Shown in pieces: positions 26,368 through 59,829 of a DNA stretch of 64,000 nt (its first letter is position 1; each line of letters begins with the position of its first letter). The notes beneath the pieces were generated by a model. It was not told the origin of the DNA, made no database searches, and worked only from the letters and a program-made list of their open reading frames with translations. The position numbers and the translations under genes are program-made. Source of the stretch: Auanema rhodensis (lineage: Eukaryota; Animalia; Nematoda); contig OZ059896.1 of NCBI GenBank assembly GCA_964057225.1, forward strand, positions 9,796,001 to 9,860,000, given 5' to 3'.

Positions 26368-29300
26368 ATGCCAGTATTCCATACTAAAACTATCGAGAGC
26401 ATTCTCGAGCCAGTTGCTCAGCAGGTTAGTACAGATTTTCTTTTTTAAATTGTTTTTGTTTCATAACAGTTTGTTTCTATTATTATTACTATACTAATTT
26501 ATTCTTTTCCTACTACTACTACAACTACTACTATTAAATACTTAAATATTTTATTATTGCATGCTTTATACATATATATATCTTTATAATAATCAATATT
26601 TAAATAATATAACTCAAAATATTTGATATATGGAATAGTCAATTCACAGATATAGTCCAATTTTTAATGTACTTAACTGTTTTTTTTTCTTTTTTTTTCT
26701 CAACACTAATCTTTATTGTCATATCCGTCATAGAATTTATTTATTTTTCCTTCATGATATGAAAGATAACTTCAATAAGTTGCTCAATTTTTGAATATCT
26801 ATACATTGAAACATACATTCTCAATTGAAATATACTAAAATATTCTTTTGATATAAAGAAATATAAACAAAAAAAAAGAAAAAATATTGCTTATATTGCA
26901 ACCATTCAGACCGTCTTTCATTTGCTTATGTTTGAAAAGTGACGTAATCACGTATATTACGTGGATGTTATCATATCTATGAGATGAAGCTTTAACCACA
27001 AAAATTGTCTCAAAGTTAGAATATTTTAATAATAACTTTAGTTTATCTTTTGTCTATATGTATAGTTATAAACTATTCTAAACAAGGATTAATCTTTAAC
27101 TCTTGAAGTAAGTTTGTGGTTATTAGCACAACAGATCTAGAGCAGCTGGCCTAGTACCAATCCTGACCCATAGAGTAAAGTAATTAATCATCTAGTGCTC
27201 AATCTTTTAAAAAAAAATTAAGAAATTGTTTTTAAATTACTGATAAACAGATAAATTCATCTTTTATTATTATTTTAGAAGAAAGAGACTAAACGATTGC
27301 TTTTATTTTGCTCATATCATATATACATTATTTCGATTCCATCATTCAACTGATCAGTGATTAAATAAAAAGGTGGACAGGAGAAATTATAGAAAAATGA
27401 GAGAGAAGTGGGAAGGGGAAGAGAATAGGGAAGAGATCGGGGGGGGGGATGCTTCATCAGGGAAGCAGCCCGAGTCATCTGTCTGCCAGTTTCTTATATC
27501 CTTCTTCCCCAAATTATTCTTTAAAGTGTTGATTTGCTTCTGGTGGCTTTAAGAGAATACAACAAAAAAAAATCATATATTCAATTAGCTCATAGTCTGG
27601 TTAAAACTTTTCTTTTCATTTAACCTAAATTAGAAAAAAAATTAAAATTGAAAACGAATTTGAACTTCTAGCAACCGGTCATGTACAGACTGTTTCAAGA
27701 TAAAAAAACTTCAAAAAAGGATCGAATTGATCCTGTCTTGTCTTGTCTCGTCGCATTGTCCGGATAGGGTGGGTGAAACAGACTATCTGGTTTCATTTTC
27801 GACACTCATGGGAAAATTGAACTCGAAAATCATCTTTTAACAAACGAAGAGAATCGTTGATTGTTTTTGAAATGTTTATCAACAGTAATTCTTTTTTTTT
27901 TCCTTTCCAAACGAAATTGAATATATTCATACACGAATGTGAAAAGAATGAATTGAAAAATTCTCATAAACCATAAATATTTGAAAAATAAAAGTTTTAA
28001 TTTTGAAATTTCAAATTATTTCTGGCATATTCACTTTGAATTGACCTTTATGTCATGTACATAAATAGAAATATGATGGAGGTATGATTGTATTGGCATC
28101 AATTCTTAATACTCTGACGTTGATTTCCCACCCACTATTTCAAATGATATTGTCCTCGTAGTAGTACCTGCTCACGTAGATATTCATATGTTATCATTAC
28201 TAGCTTATTCAAGACGAAGACGTCAACTATCCATCAAAGAAAATAGATATTACTTACAAACTACACGATCTATACGATATTATTTAAGATTTCAGGTAGT
28301 ATATGCTATATATTTTCAAATTAATTTATTAAAAAATTCTCCAATCATATATATATCTATGATTATTAGCTTTTATTGCTACTTGAAATCGTTTTAAAAT
28401 ATCACGAATTCTTAAATACTTCATGCATCAACCGAAAAATAAAGATCGAGAATAGAAAAGCCAATTTTGAGCAGTTGTATGAGAGAAAAGAAAAAAAACA
28501 AAGAAGACTCGACATAAGAAAGCTCTTCATAATTTGCTTGGCTTTCAATCGCTGTCATCATCCTTTTCATCTTCTGTCTTTCTTAGCTTCTTCACAACTA
28601 GCTAAAGACGAAAATGAAAAGATGAGAATCTATTTGAGATAATGATGATATTCTAAGATCATATATCTATAACATATTGAATAATCATTGATGATGATAA
28701 GCATTTATGCTGAGCTTTACTTAATTATAAGAAGATTTATCACAATTAAATGAATAAATGGGTTAAAAACAGAGCATTAAATAAGATTTTGTAATTTATA
28801 TTTCCATGTATAGTTTCTACAGCATGTTTCTACAGCATGTTTCAAATCTTTTTTTCTTCTTAAATTTTAACATTAATTGCTTCTACATATCTGTATGCGT
28901 GTGTGTATAAACATCTTTAACGTATAACCATTGAATGTATGTTGCATAACTATAATACTAACATTTTGTCTATGTTAATGTCCATGTTACGTATTGTTAT
29001 AGCTTCATTATGTGCTGGCACTTGCTGATCGTAATGCTGGAATCACAGGACCAGCCTATCCTGCTTCCAGAGGCAGTCCATATGCATCACTTTCACGTAA
29101 TGGGGGCCTCTCGCGAGCAAGCAGTCGTCGTTCCATACCTGAATTCATCTTTCCTGACACGATTCAGCAGCGTGTTACTGCTGATGACTGTCCAGTCTGT
29201 CAGCTTATGATGCCTAAGGCTAATGGCTGTGTATGTTATATGTGATTTGCTTTTTACTTGTCCTGTCATATAAAAATGAGAACAAATGGAACAATTTTCA

Positions 29301-32300
29301 AAAAAAATTTAAAACAATAAAAAACAATAAAATATATGTTTTATGTGTTTTTCTTTGGTTATAGTATTTGCTGTACGAAGTTGTTCACATATATTCGGTA
29401 AGCTGCTGTGGTGAATATGTTGTCTTCATTTAGCTTTATACTGTTTTAACCATTACAAATATATTTTATTATGTTAATATAGTATATAATATATTAATCT
29501 AAACAAGAATATGATCATAATATTCATATATTTCAGGTCTCCCGTCTTGTTATCCTTCATGAAGAGGCTGAAGATGGTAATGCTATGCCTGATCTTACTC
29601 GACCAGTTGGTCTTGTATCACAAGCAGTTGATAATCTTATCAGGGTAAGCAAATTAATTATGATAAGCTATATAATCAAATTAAATCAAAATTTTATTGA
29701 AATTATATATTTATATTAAAGATATCATCTTTAATATATGATATATAAGATATAAAATTATAAATATGTACATTCACACCTTAAACATTTAAAGTTTTAG
29801 ATATGAAATGATAATATTTGATATTCATCACCTTGGTTGAATGTGTAAAAGTGAAAAAAGTTTCATTTACAATTAAAATTGTTCATGCTACTTCAATTAA
29901 TTGTTGAACAGTTGGCCATATGCTATTCCTTTTTCTTAAATGAAAAGAGTTTTTGGATGTGTTTTTTTTTGGAATTCAATCAAGATACTATATACCAGAT
30001 GTTTCTTTTATCGAAGTTCTTCAACTTTAAAATGTGAACACTACAAATGAAAGAAAGCAATGGGTCTCATGAAAACCGAATGCGAACTTTACATGTTTAT
30101 CTAAGTGGAAGAGAGTAGGAAAATGAGAGACATGGAGAGATGAAAAACAAAAAGTGGGCGGCGAAGATCAAGGAAAATGCTACTGAAGAAGTTACCCCGT
30201 AATCATGAAAAGGCAAAGGCTCGAAATTCGGAAGACCACCATCGACTGTGTCGCTGCGGTTGTTGTTGACATTCTGATGTAAATGCAAGGCTCTGATCCT
30301 GAATGCATACAGACAACAGAAGCAAAGAGCTATGAAGCAAGAAGATAGTACAGACAAAAGTGGAAAACGAAATGGAGAAAGTGAAAGAGAAAAAGGTAGA
30401 GAGCCGATGTGACGGAAGACAACGGCAAAGACGACGATAATGGCGTAGGAAGAGAGCAGGAGAATGACGAGCGAGTAAGCACTGATTGAAACGCCCTGCG
30501 TTTGTAGATGACGAAGCGGTGGAAGAAAATGAAGTCGCAATAGTCGTACTGAAATACGACAACGACAGCAATCGTCAGCAGCAAGTCCACGGAGACGGAA
30601 AAGGTTCGACGAGCTAACGCTAACACGAGCAAGCAGGCGCCAGCTCACGAATAGACGAAGCGTTTAGTGAATGCTGTCGGAGCGGCCAGTCTCCTCAACG
30701 GTACGGCGTCAGACTTATCGACATAGATCCAGCAGTTATCGCCACGAAGAACGTCATACCTCAAGGCAGTACCTGAAATCATACGCTCAGCACGCTATCT
30801 ACCAACGTCGTAGCCGATCTGACGGCAGGGTATTCCTTTTCAATATATGTATATTCATATTGGTTTTTTTGAAAGCCATATTGGAATTCCTTTTTTTTTC
30901 CAAGATTATTTGATGTTTTCTATATAAAATTTCTAAGTTAGAAAGTTTTTTGTTTGATTCTTTCACTTTATTCTAGTCGATGATGACAAACTCTTTCAAT
31001 AAACTTTCTTAAAGTACTTATGAGGGGTGTTAAATGCAAATATTTAAAAAATATATTGATTTATTATATAAAAATTCATTTTTACCATAAAATATTTTAC
31101 TAACTTTAGGTTGGTTATGAGACTTGTGATAGCTCGGACGATCGTCTTCTGCAAACCGACATGCCTCCAGCATTGCAAAGAGTTGAACATAGCTCTAAGC
31201 TTTTGGAAGAATCTTGCCACATGTTGAAAGTGAGTACAACAACTCAAATATATTTTACAATTACTTCCCTTTAGGCTGATGCTTATTCCGTTCCTGCCCG
31301 TAAGAAGCTCATTGATGGAGCTCGTGGAATCCTTCAAGGAACATCAGCTCTTCTCTTGTGCTTTGATGAATCTGAAGTTCGCAAAATCATTCGAGTTTGC
31401 CGTAAGGTTCTAGACTATCTTGCTGTTGCAGAAGTTATCGAAAGCATGGAAGACTTGGCCCAATTTGTTAAGGTAAGCTTGAAAGCTCCTTAATTGGACT
31501 TAGTTTTAAATATTTCAGGATATATCTCCATGGTTGGCTCGCGTCACTCAAGATGTTAATGCCAGACAACAAGAGCTAACCCATCAAGTTCACCGTGAGA
31601 TTTTGATCAGATGTTTGGATGCTATCAAGACTTTATCCCCTATACTCATTTGCGCCATGAAGATCTTCATTCAAATCAGCAATGAACCAAGCCAACGTGG
31701 TGTACCAGAAGCTGCAGAAAATAGGTAAGCCAAAACTTGATTATTAAAATGCAAACGTTATCGAACTTTAGAAATTATCTTGGCCAACGTATGACTGAAG
31801 AAATGAATGAAATCATTCGTGTTTTACAATTAACAACTTATGATGAAGATGAATGGGATGCTGATAATGTTACTGTCATGCGTAAAGCTTTATCTGCAGC
31901 TAAATCTTTGCTCACAGCTGCTCTGGATTGGCTCGCTGATCCAAGAGGCTTACGCGGTACATTGATACCTGAAATCATTTTTAGAATTACACGAAACTTT
32001 TTTCAGGAGCCGTTGGAGAGAAAGCTATTCGTCGCATCCTCGATTATGCCGATAAGATTGCTTCTCGTGCTCTGCCTGAAGACAGCTATCATATCAAGAG
32101 ATCCATTCAAGAAATTGTTAGCCTTACTGATAGCATCTGCCAACTTCGTGACCAAGGACGGTAAGAAATTTATATCGAAATCATTTTTATATGAATTTTC
32201 AGCGATAACGAAAGCCTCACCCACAACTGCGCTGAGAAGCTTAAGGCTTTGGTCGGTACCAAGCACACCAGTGGTATCCTTCCTGATGCTTTGGTTAATG

Positions 32301-35300
32301 CTCAAAAGAATGGTGGAGCTAACCCTGCTCATACCGCTGCTGGCCGTCTTGAACAAGCTCTTCGGTGGTTGGATAATCCAGGTGTTAACGATGGAGGTCT
32401 CGGTCTTCAAGCTATTCGCATGATGACTGATGATGCCAAGAAATTGGCTGATCGTTTGAATCCACAAGACAGGTTAGTTGTATCTCGTATAATATGTTCT
32501 ATTATAATATTTTAGAAACCGTCTCATGAACTTGTGCTCAGATATCGACAGGTTGGCCAATCAGCTTGCTGATTTGGAACGTCGTGGTCTCGGAAACTCC
32601 CCTGAAGCCAATGCTATTAGACAGCAATTGAAGGACAAACTCCGCGAGTTGGCTGAATTTATGCGAAAGATCCTTACTGACCGTGTTGTAAGTTTTCAAG
32701 CCTCAGAATTTTAGAAGCGTATTCACGTTCAGATTTCTCATTCATTATCATTTTCAGGTGGAAGATTTCGCTGACATCAGTACTCCTCTGAAACAGTTTG
32801 TTGATGCTGTTCATGCTGACATGAGCATGCCTAACCGAGAAGGAAACTTCCATGACAAGTCAAATCGCTTGAAGGATCACTCTGGAAGCATGACTACAAC
32901 AGCTAGATTGGTAAAACATAAATATAATTCATTCACAATAACAAATTTCAAATAATTGATAGGTTGCCACATGCGGTCCATGTAAGAGCAAGAGAACCGT
33001 TGAAGCCATTTTGGATACAGCTGAGAAGGTTGATCAAATGACTCCTCAAATTGTCAATGCTGGAAAAATTCGTTTGCATAATCACTCTGATGCTGTTGAG
33101 CAGCATTTCGAAAATCTTCACAGGTACTATAGTATAAGTTTTATTGGAATATACATAACATTTATAATTTAGACAATTTGGAGATGCTCTTCACCGACTC
33201 CGATCTCATGTTGATGACGCTATTGATACTGGAGAATTTGTTCGTGCCAGTGAAACCGTAAGCATTTTCTCGAATATTCAAATTTCTTCTCTTTTTATTT
33301 GAATTTTTGAATTATTTTTATTTTCTCATTTACAGGCAATGCGTCGTTACACCACCAGATGTGAAGACGCTATCCAGAATGCTTATCCACAAGGAATGGT
33401 TGATAACACCTCACAGGTATATAATCAGCATAATATAATTATTATAATATTTCTTTAATTTGTATAGATTGCCCGTCTGGGTAATCGTGTCCTGATGTCT
33501 GCCAAGAACGAAGCAGAGAATTCGGAAGAACCGGCTTTCATCGACCGTGTCAACAATGCGGCCTCGCAACTACACTCCGGTAAGACAATTACTTTTCTTC
33601 TTTACTTCAAACGTCAATCCCTCTCTGCCTTCCTCTTCGTTCTATCCCTCTTGTTCTTCTATGAGCAGACAACTGCAACCTCAACGTCGTTGACTGACAC
33701 CGAGGTCTCTATCCGATAGTCTTGATATCAATAAATACGATTTCAAGACATTTCCCTTCATTAAAAATGCCTCTATATAATGATTATTCCTATGAATCTG
33801 ATGAATATGATACTGATGAGGTGTATGAACGTTACTATACCACTCGTAGTATTGTAGATCCAATTGTTTATATTTGTAAGTTTTGTAATCATTAATCAGA
33901 ATGACCTCTAGGTCTTGTTGCCATCATTGTTGTGTTAAACATTTCACAATGTTCTTTCAAACAACAGTTGTGAAGCTATCAAAATTCATGTTTCGTTCAT
34001 GAACTAGACACATGTTAATTCTGATTTGCTTACCCTGCCACCTGCGTGGGTGGATCAAGAACTTAGCAAGCATGTTTAATATAAATAAAAATTGTCCAAG
34101 CACCAACTGAAAATTAAAAAAGATGTCTGCCTATTCTCTATATTCGAAATTTCCAGCTATACCACCTATGGTTAATCAAGCCAAACAAGTTGCTATGAAT
34201 CCTCGTGATCATATGTCTAGTGATCAATGGCGCGGAGCCAATGATCATCTTTTGGATTCTGTTCGTGCTGTTGGAGATGCCATTATGGGAGTCCCATCTA
34301 ACGGACGACAGTCTTCTGTTTCTTATCATGAGAGCCGCGCCTCTCCATATCAACCAACTAGAGAGGTAAGCGAATGTGTGTATGTCTCTTGAGAACGTTC
34401 TCTAGACTCCCGAGAGCGTTGTCTTACGCTTCAACTTCTGACGTATCCACTAGAAATTGCGAAGACATTTTGCAAAAAAATAAAAAATTTCCATGAATTT
34501 TTCTTTTCAGTCATCTCAAGTTCTTCACTCTGTTCAAGCTCAGGCTCCAAGACCACCTGTTGTCCATAACAAGGTTATCATTCGTGAAGAGATTCCTGCT
34601 CCACCACGTCCACCACCACCAGTTGAAATCAGTCCACCACCAAGACCACCACCACCACCAGAGTATGACGAGGAAGAAGAGACCAGAGCTTTCTGGGAAA
34701 GATATCCACTCCCACAAGCTTCTCATCAACCTATTCTTTCTGCTGCTCATAACCTTCACAACGTAAGTTACTGAGCAAACAAACAAACAACTGAACTGCC
34801 GAGACAATCGAACTAAGAAGCCTCATGTTCTCTGATTTTCTCTCTTTTTCTTTAATATTTCTTATAGAAACATAGCGTCAAAAAGTAAAATAAATACAGT
34901 AAAAAAGAAATATTCAATATAATTTTGAACTTGAAGGATCAGAAATGCAAAAGTCATCGTATATCTTCTATTCTTTCAGGAATTGAAACAATGGTCATCT
35001 CAAGAAAATGATATTGTTGCTGCTGCTAAGAGAATGGCTATTCTTATGGCCAGATTATCTCAATTAGTACGTGGAGAAGGAGGAACTAAGAAGGTTGATT
35101 ATAAATAAAAAATAAAATTATAATAATATTCATAATATACAGGATCTCATTGATTGTGCCAAGGCTATTGCTGATTCCAGTGAAGAGGTTACCAGACTAG
35201 CTGTACAATTGGCTCGATTATGCACAGACATCAAGATGAGAATGGTATATACTTATATAATTAAAGTAAGCTATATTCATATATACTTAATTTCAGGCTC

Positions 35301-35964
35301 TTCTTCAAGTTTGCGAGAGAATTCCAACCATTGCTACTCAATTGAAGATTCTTTCAACTGTTAAGGCTACTATGCTTGGATCATCTAGTAAGTATTTAAA
35401 CTATAATTATATACTTTGATAGGAATATGGTAAAAAAAAAAAACAAACTTAAAGCAATATTTTATATATAATCAACAGTTATCGGTTAAGAAATATTGTT
35501 GAATTTAATAATAAAAAAGAAAAATAATTTAATGAAAATCAATTCTAGTGACTGTCGGACCTTACGGACAACCTATTGACGGTAAATATTAGCATGAGAG
35601 TGATGAATGAATAATTATTTTAATAATATAACATGTGTTCAACATTTCCTGATCTAATATATCTGATATTATAAAACCTAAAATATGAATATTTATATGA
35701 AACCAAAGCAAAATGCTCTAACGTGTTGTTTTCCAAACTAAACTACTATTGCCGAAAACTTTTTCTTTTCGTTTCTCATTTTTTTCATTTTTAGGTAGCG
35801 AAGAGGACGAAGAAGCTATGCAGCAACTCGTCTTGAATGCTCAGAATCTCATGCAATCCGTCAAGGATACAGTTCGTGCTGCTGAAGCCGCCTCTATTAA
35901 GATCAGAACCAACTCTGGACTTCGTCTCCGCTGGATCAGAAAGCCCATGTGGTCCAATTTTTAA
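26368..35964 (+). CDS. deb-1: Vinculin DEB-1, multi-exon
   Basis: Exon 1 [19 protein letters not shown] (26368-26424), exon 2 [20 protein letters not shown] (29537-29644), head domains from 31110, proline-rich linker PAPPRPPPP (34511-34762), tail ending [12 protein letters not shown]. Confidence 0.97.
28188..28295 (+). CDS. deb-1: Candidate alternative first exon of deb-1 (basic, 36 aa)
   Basis: CGTAG acceptor 8 nt upstream of the ATG; [36 protein letters not shown]; phase-0 donor CAG|GTAGTA. Confidence 0.45.
29003..29230 (+). CDS. deb-1: 76-codon alternative exon of deb-1
   Basis: TTATAG acceptor, 228 nt open in phase 0/0 ([17 protein letters not shown]...[15 protein letters not shown]), donor GTATGT; a GC-rich island within an AT-rich intron. 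Confidence 0.75.
30671..30829 (+). CDS. deb-1: Candidate alternative first exon of deb-1 inside intron 2
   Basis: TTTAG 3 nt before the ATG; 53 codons [18 protein letters not shown]...RSRSDGR; phase-0 donor AGG|GTATTC matches exon 31110 (VGYETCD). Confidence 0.65.
33669..33735 (+). CDS. deb-1: Candidate alternative terminal exon of deb-1 with poly(A) signal (tail-less vinculin)
   Basis: Long pyrimidine tract and GAGCAG acceptor; phase-1 join gives DNCNLNVVD* (stop ends 33697); AATAAA at 33730-33735. Confidence 0.6.
35549..35581 (+). CDS. deb-1: 33-nt symmetric cassette exon in the vinculin tail
   Basis: TTCTAG acceptor, phase 1/1, encodes [11 protein letters not shown], donor GTAAAT; can be skipped without frameshift. 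Confidence 0.8.
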
Positions 35965-37250
35965 AAAAAATGTAAGTAATCATATGAAAGAAACTAATTT
36001 ATATATTAATATAGTTAATGAGATAAACACACACACACACAGCATCATCAGCAATCATCATCAATCACAGCCAATATAAGTATATGGATGGAATATACAT
36101 AAACGACGGAGAATTATTAGCCAAAAAATACTATTTTAATTACATTACTATATACATATAATATTAAAATTATGTGTATATTATATATAAATATATATAT
36201 ATATATATACAATTTACATGTCTGTTTTAGATAGTCTCATTTAGTTTTAAGCTACACTGAGAAAAGAGAAAAACATTTTTCAGATCATAATGTTTTTATT
36301 TTTACCATAATTTCATAAACTCAAATGCTCATTATAAATTTTTATCAATGTAATCAATGTTTTAAATATCATTCAAATAGTAGCATACATTAGTGTGTAG
36401 AATATGAGATATTAGAATTAGAAAAAACAAGTTTTTCTTTTACAAAAAAAAATTTTTTTTTTCATTTTATAAGTTTGAAAAGTAAGCATTTTTTTGTTGG
36501 AAGACGAACCTAATGTCTTTCAACGTTTTGGGGTGTTTTCCTTAAGTTTGTTATGATGTTTATCACTTCAATAAAACATTTTAAAAGATTTTGTTAATGT
36601 CTTCAATTGACAATTCATGATATTGTGGCAGAACGTAGAAGTCTTGTGTTCGTTCGTTTCTTAATAAAACGAGCTACTTTCTGTTCTGTTATACTGCTAT
36701 TCCACTAAGAATGTAATGCTCACAGCTTAACAATGATCTGTATATCTTCAAATCTAATACTATTTCACATTTTTACAGCATTTTCTTCACTATTGCTTTT
36801 ACTCTGCTTCCTCTTTTTCTTCATCTTCTGCTTAGCAAACAAATTATTCCGTTCAGCTCTTCTTCATTTTCTCTCACATTTTCCTGCCATTTTGACTTAC
36901 ATCTGCAATTATATATTGTTGTGTAAAACGTATAAGAGTTTGGTGGATGATACAATAGAAAAAACGCAAAAAATCAGAAGATTATAGCATAATCATCCCT
37001 ATACTAGTCTTCAACAACGAAATTTAAGTAATCAGAATTACAGAAATATCAAATAATAATTCTTCTTTTATTTTTGCAATAACATTGTTAACAATACCAA
37101 TATACTATATTGTTTTCTTTCTTTTTTTATATATATATTTATATGTAAAAACAATATTGACATATACTATATGTTATTCCCTTTCAATGAAAAAAAAAAC
37201 AATATGGAATGTTTAAATAATCATATTAGATGGATCTTTTTGACAATAAT

Positions 37251-38189
37251 TTACTGTTGATTTGCAAAAATTAGTTCATAATAGACGTTTTTAGGCAAAG
37301 CATTCATCTTCTTCTCAACAGCACTATCTATTTGCTTCTTGGTCATAGTTGTATTTCTCATTATAACTATAAAATAAATAAATATATAAGTGAATATATC
37401 TAATATAATAATTAGAAATTAATATAATATACTATTATAAACTAATATATAATATATTTACCTCGAATTGCTTTATCAGCTTCTTGAGCTTCAGGTGATA
37501 ATGTTAGAGCAATATCATCCATACGTTTTGAATCCTGATTCTCAAAAACATTTTGTTCTGTAGCAAATGTATTATAGCGCTCCTGAAATATTGTAGTTAA
37601 TGCTATTGAATTATATTCTCAAAGTCCAACCAATAATTCTCCACCTTGTTTGACAGCCCAAGCTTTTTGAGCCACTTTTTTGACTTGAACTGGTAAATTT
37701 GGATTACTTTCAAGTTCTGAGAAAAACAAAATTATATTAGTATTGGAATTTTTACAATACCGATATATTCTTTGCGAGCAGTATCATCAGCTTTTTCTAA
37801 GAATGCTGGAGCGGAAGCAGCTTTAAAACCTTTAGGAGGTTGAACAGTAACTATAAGAAATAATGAAGAAATAGATATAATTCAATAGGAATATATGATT
37901 CTACTAGATTTTACAAAATTCCATAATTCTATAAAAAAAAAGAAAAAAATTATTTTTTTCAAATACCTGCTGAGGATAGATCATCTGAATCTTCATTATA
38001 TTGCTCAGCTATAAATAAAGTAAACTTATAAATAAATAAGATTATAAATAAACCTTTAACGTTTTTTGCTTTTCGTTTCATTATTTTTTTAATTGTCTGA
38101 GATTTTTCTCTTGATTCTTCAGAAGATGCTGAGCTTGTAGAAGAAACAACAATAATCAGAAGGAAAACACATATTAAATTCTTCCACAT
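37251..38189 (-). CDS. Secreted SXP/RAL-2 (DUF148, Ani s 5-like) family protein, 6 exons
   Basis: Signal peptide MWKNLICVFLLIIVVSSTSS; motifs APAFLEKADDTARKEYI, NPNLP...AQKAWAVKQGGELLERYNTF and LSPEAQEADKAIR...NTTMTKKQ; stop TAA at 37253-37251. Confidence 0.85.
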
Positions 38190-39794
38190 TGTCCTAAAGA
38201 AATTACTGAAAAGTAAAATAAAATCAAATTGGTTCAAAAACATATAACAGACTGAGTGTCTATTGAAATAAACTATTTAGAAAATTCCCAATTATTAGAG
38301 GATTTTGTGATTTATAACTAGTTTTACTTTACATGACCCAGGTTCAGTCGATCATTAAATCATACACTCATCGTTGACGATTTATCAATTAATTCGGATT
38401 TACAACAACAACATAGAGAAAATATTATAATTTGTATAATATATAGATTTTTAAATAAGTTTTTCTTAAATATTGTTTCTTATTTTGTAATTTATAACTT
38501 TTTAATGAATTATAGCATAGTTATAAGAAATTATCCGAAAAACTTAAATATAATGATATTCTATGTATGTATGAATATATGTCAATGACATCATGGATAC
38601 ATTTTAGTTCATCTTAGTTGGATTATTTATGAATTAATACTTATTAAACTCTATAAATTAATTTATAACTTATAAAAGATTTTTGTTTAATATTCATAAA
38701 AATAGTTTATTTTTCTTCTTTTTATTTATTTAAAATCTTCATCTTTATAAATATAATTAAAAAAATAATAATATTTATTAAATAAAATTTTATTTAAACT
38801 GTTTGTAATAAGAAAAGCAATTACATAACAATGAAGAGGAAATATTTCTATTTTCTCAAATGCTAGAATAAATTTAATAGTTTAAAACTAGAACTCTAAA
38901 TGTTCTTAAAATCAAAGTAAGTTTTCTTAAATTCAGATGTTTTGATGTTAATATGTATTAACATTGGCAGGAATAATGTTTCTGTTTGAACTTGTCACAA
39001 TAAGTTTGACTATGATGTCAACGATGATGTCAACGAATTGTGCACAAATGATTGGATGAGTGAGTGAACACAGATGAAAGTGACCTTTATATGAATGGAT
39101 ACGTTATAAAGATATCTTATTTTATCCAAATATCATATTTGAAAAGAAAAAAAGGTGATAATCTTATAATTAAGCTTAATATTGTAATCCATGATTTCTT
39201 TTTTTTTTCATAAAATGAATCACATATAATCCGATAGTAATCAGATAAAAATGTTAATTTTGAAAATATGTTTGGCTTTTTTCTTTTAATCTCTAGAATT
39301 ATTATAATCTTTGTTCTTATGTAAGATGAAAAATATAAGAAAAAGAAAATACTGTATGTTAATAATTCTTTGTGCGCAAAAAAATAATTTTTAAAATAAA
39401 ATAATGAAGGAACGAGAAGAGAACAAAACCGAAATTGGATGGAATCTGACAGAGGGTTTGAGTCTGCTGAGCTCATATAGCATAAAATTTGTTATATAGA
39501 AGAGGCCAATTGAGAAAGTTACAATACGAGAAAAACTACAATAAAAAAATGGGAAAAATAATAGGAATTGTGATAATATAATATCTGTATCTAATGTATC
39601 AAATCAAGCAAATTAGGCAGATACACATGATTATAAAGAAAAAAAAACGTTTTGTAGTTAGTTAAGGAAAGCAAAATCATGTTGAAAGATTTAGAAATTG
39701 AATTGGTAGTACATGGTAAGGTGGCTTTATATGATAAGAATTTCCAGAATATCAAAAAAAATAAACAATCTCTAGAAAATTCGTCAGCATTTGA

Positions 39795-59829
<20,035 letters not shown>

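Noticed and set aside
27690-27781. piRNA Ruby-like CTGTTTCA motifs
   Set aside because: I noticed only about three in 64 kb, with no cluster density or clear downstream YRNT spacing.
30097-30648. Three overlapping minus-strand ORFs (100-183 aa) suggesting a nested antisense gene
   Set aside because: They follow from a purine-rich plus strand lacking TTA/CTA/TCA. The products are low-complexity F/L/S with no domain. The region is better explained as sequence upstream of the 30671 exon.
34406-34441. Possible deb-1 terminal exon [11 protein letters not shown]
   Set aside because: It needs a 40-nt intron, shorter than any other I measured here, and no clear poly(A) signal follows.
32003-34807. 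Antisense ORFs over vinculin exons
   Set aside because: Shadow ORFs produced by the codon usage of the coding strand.
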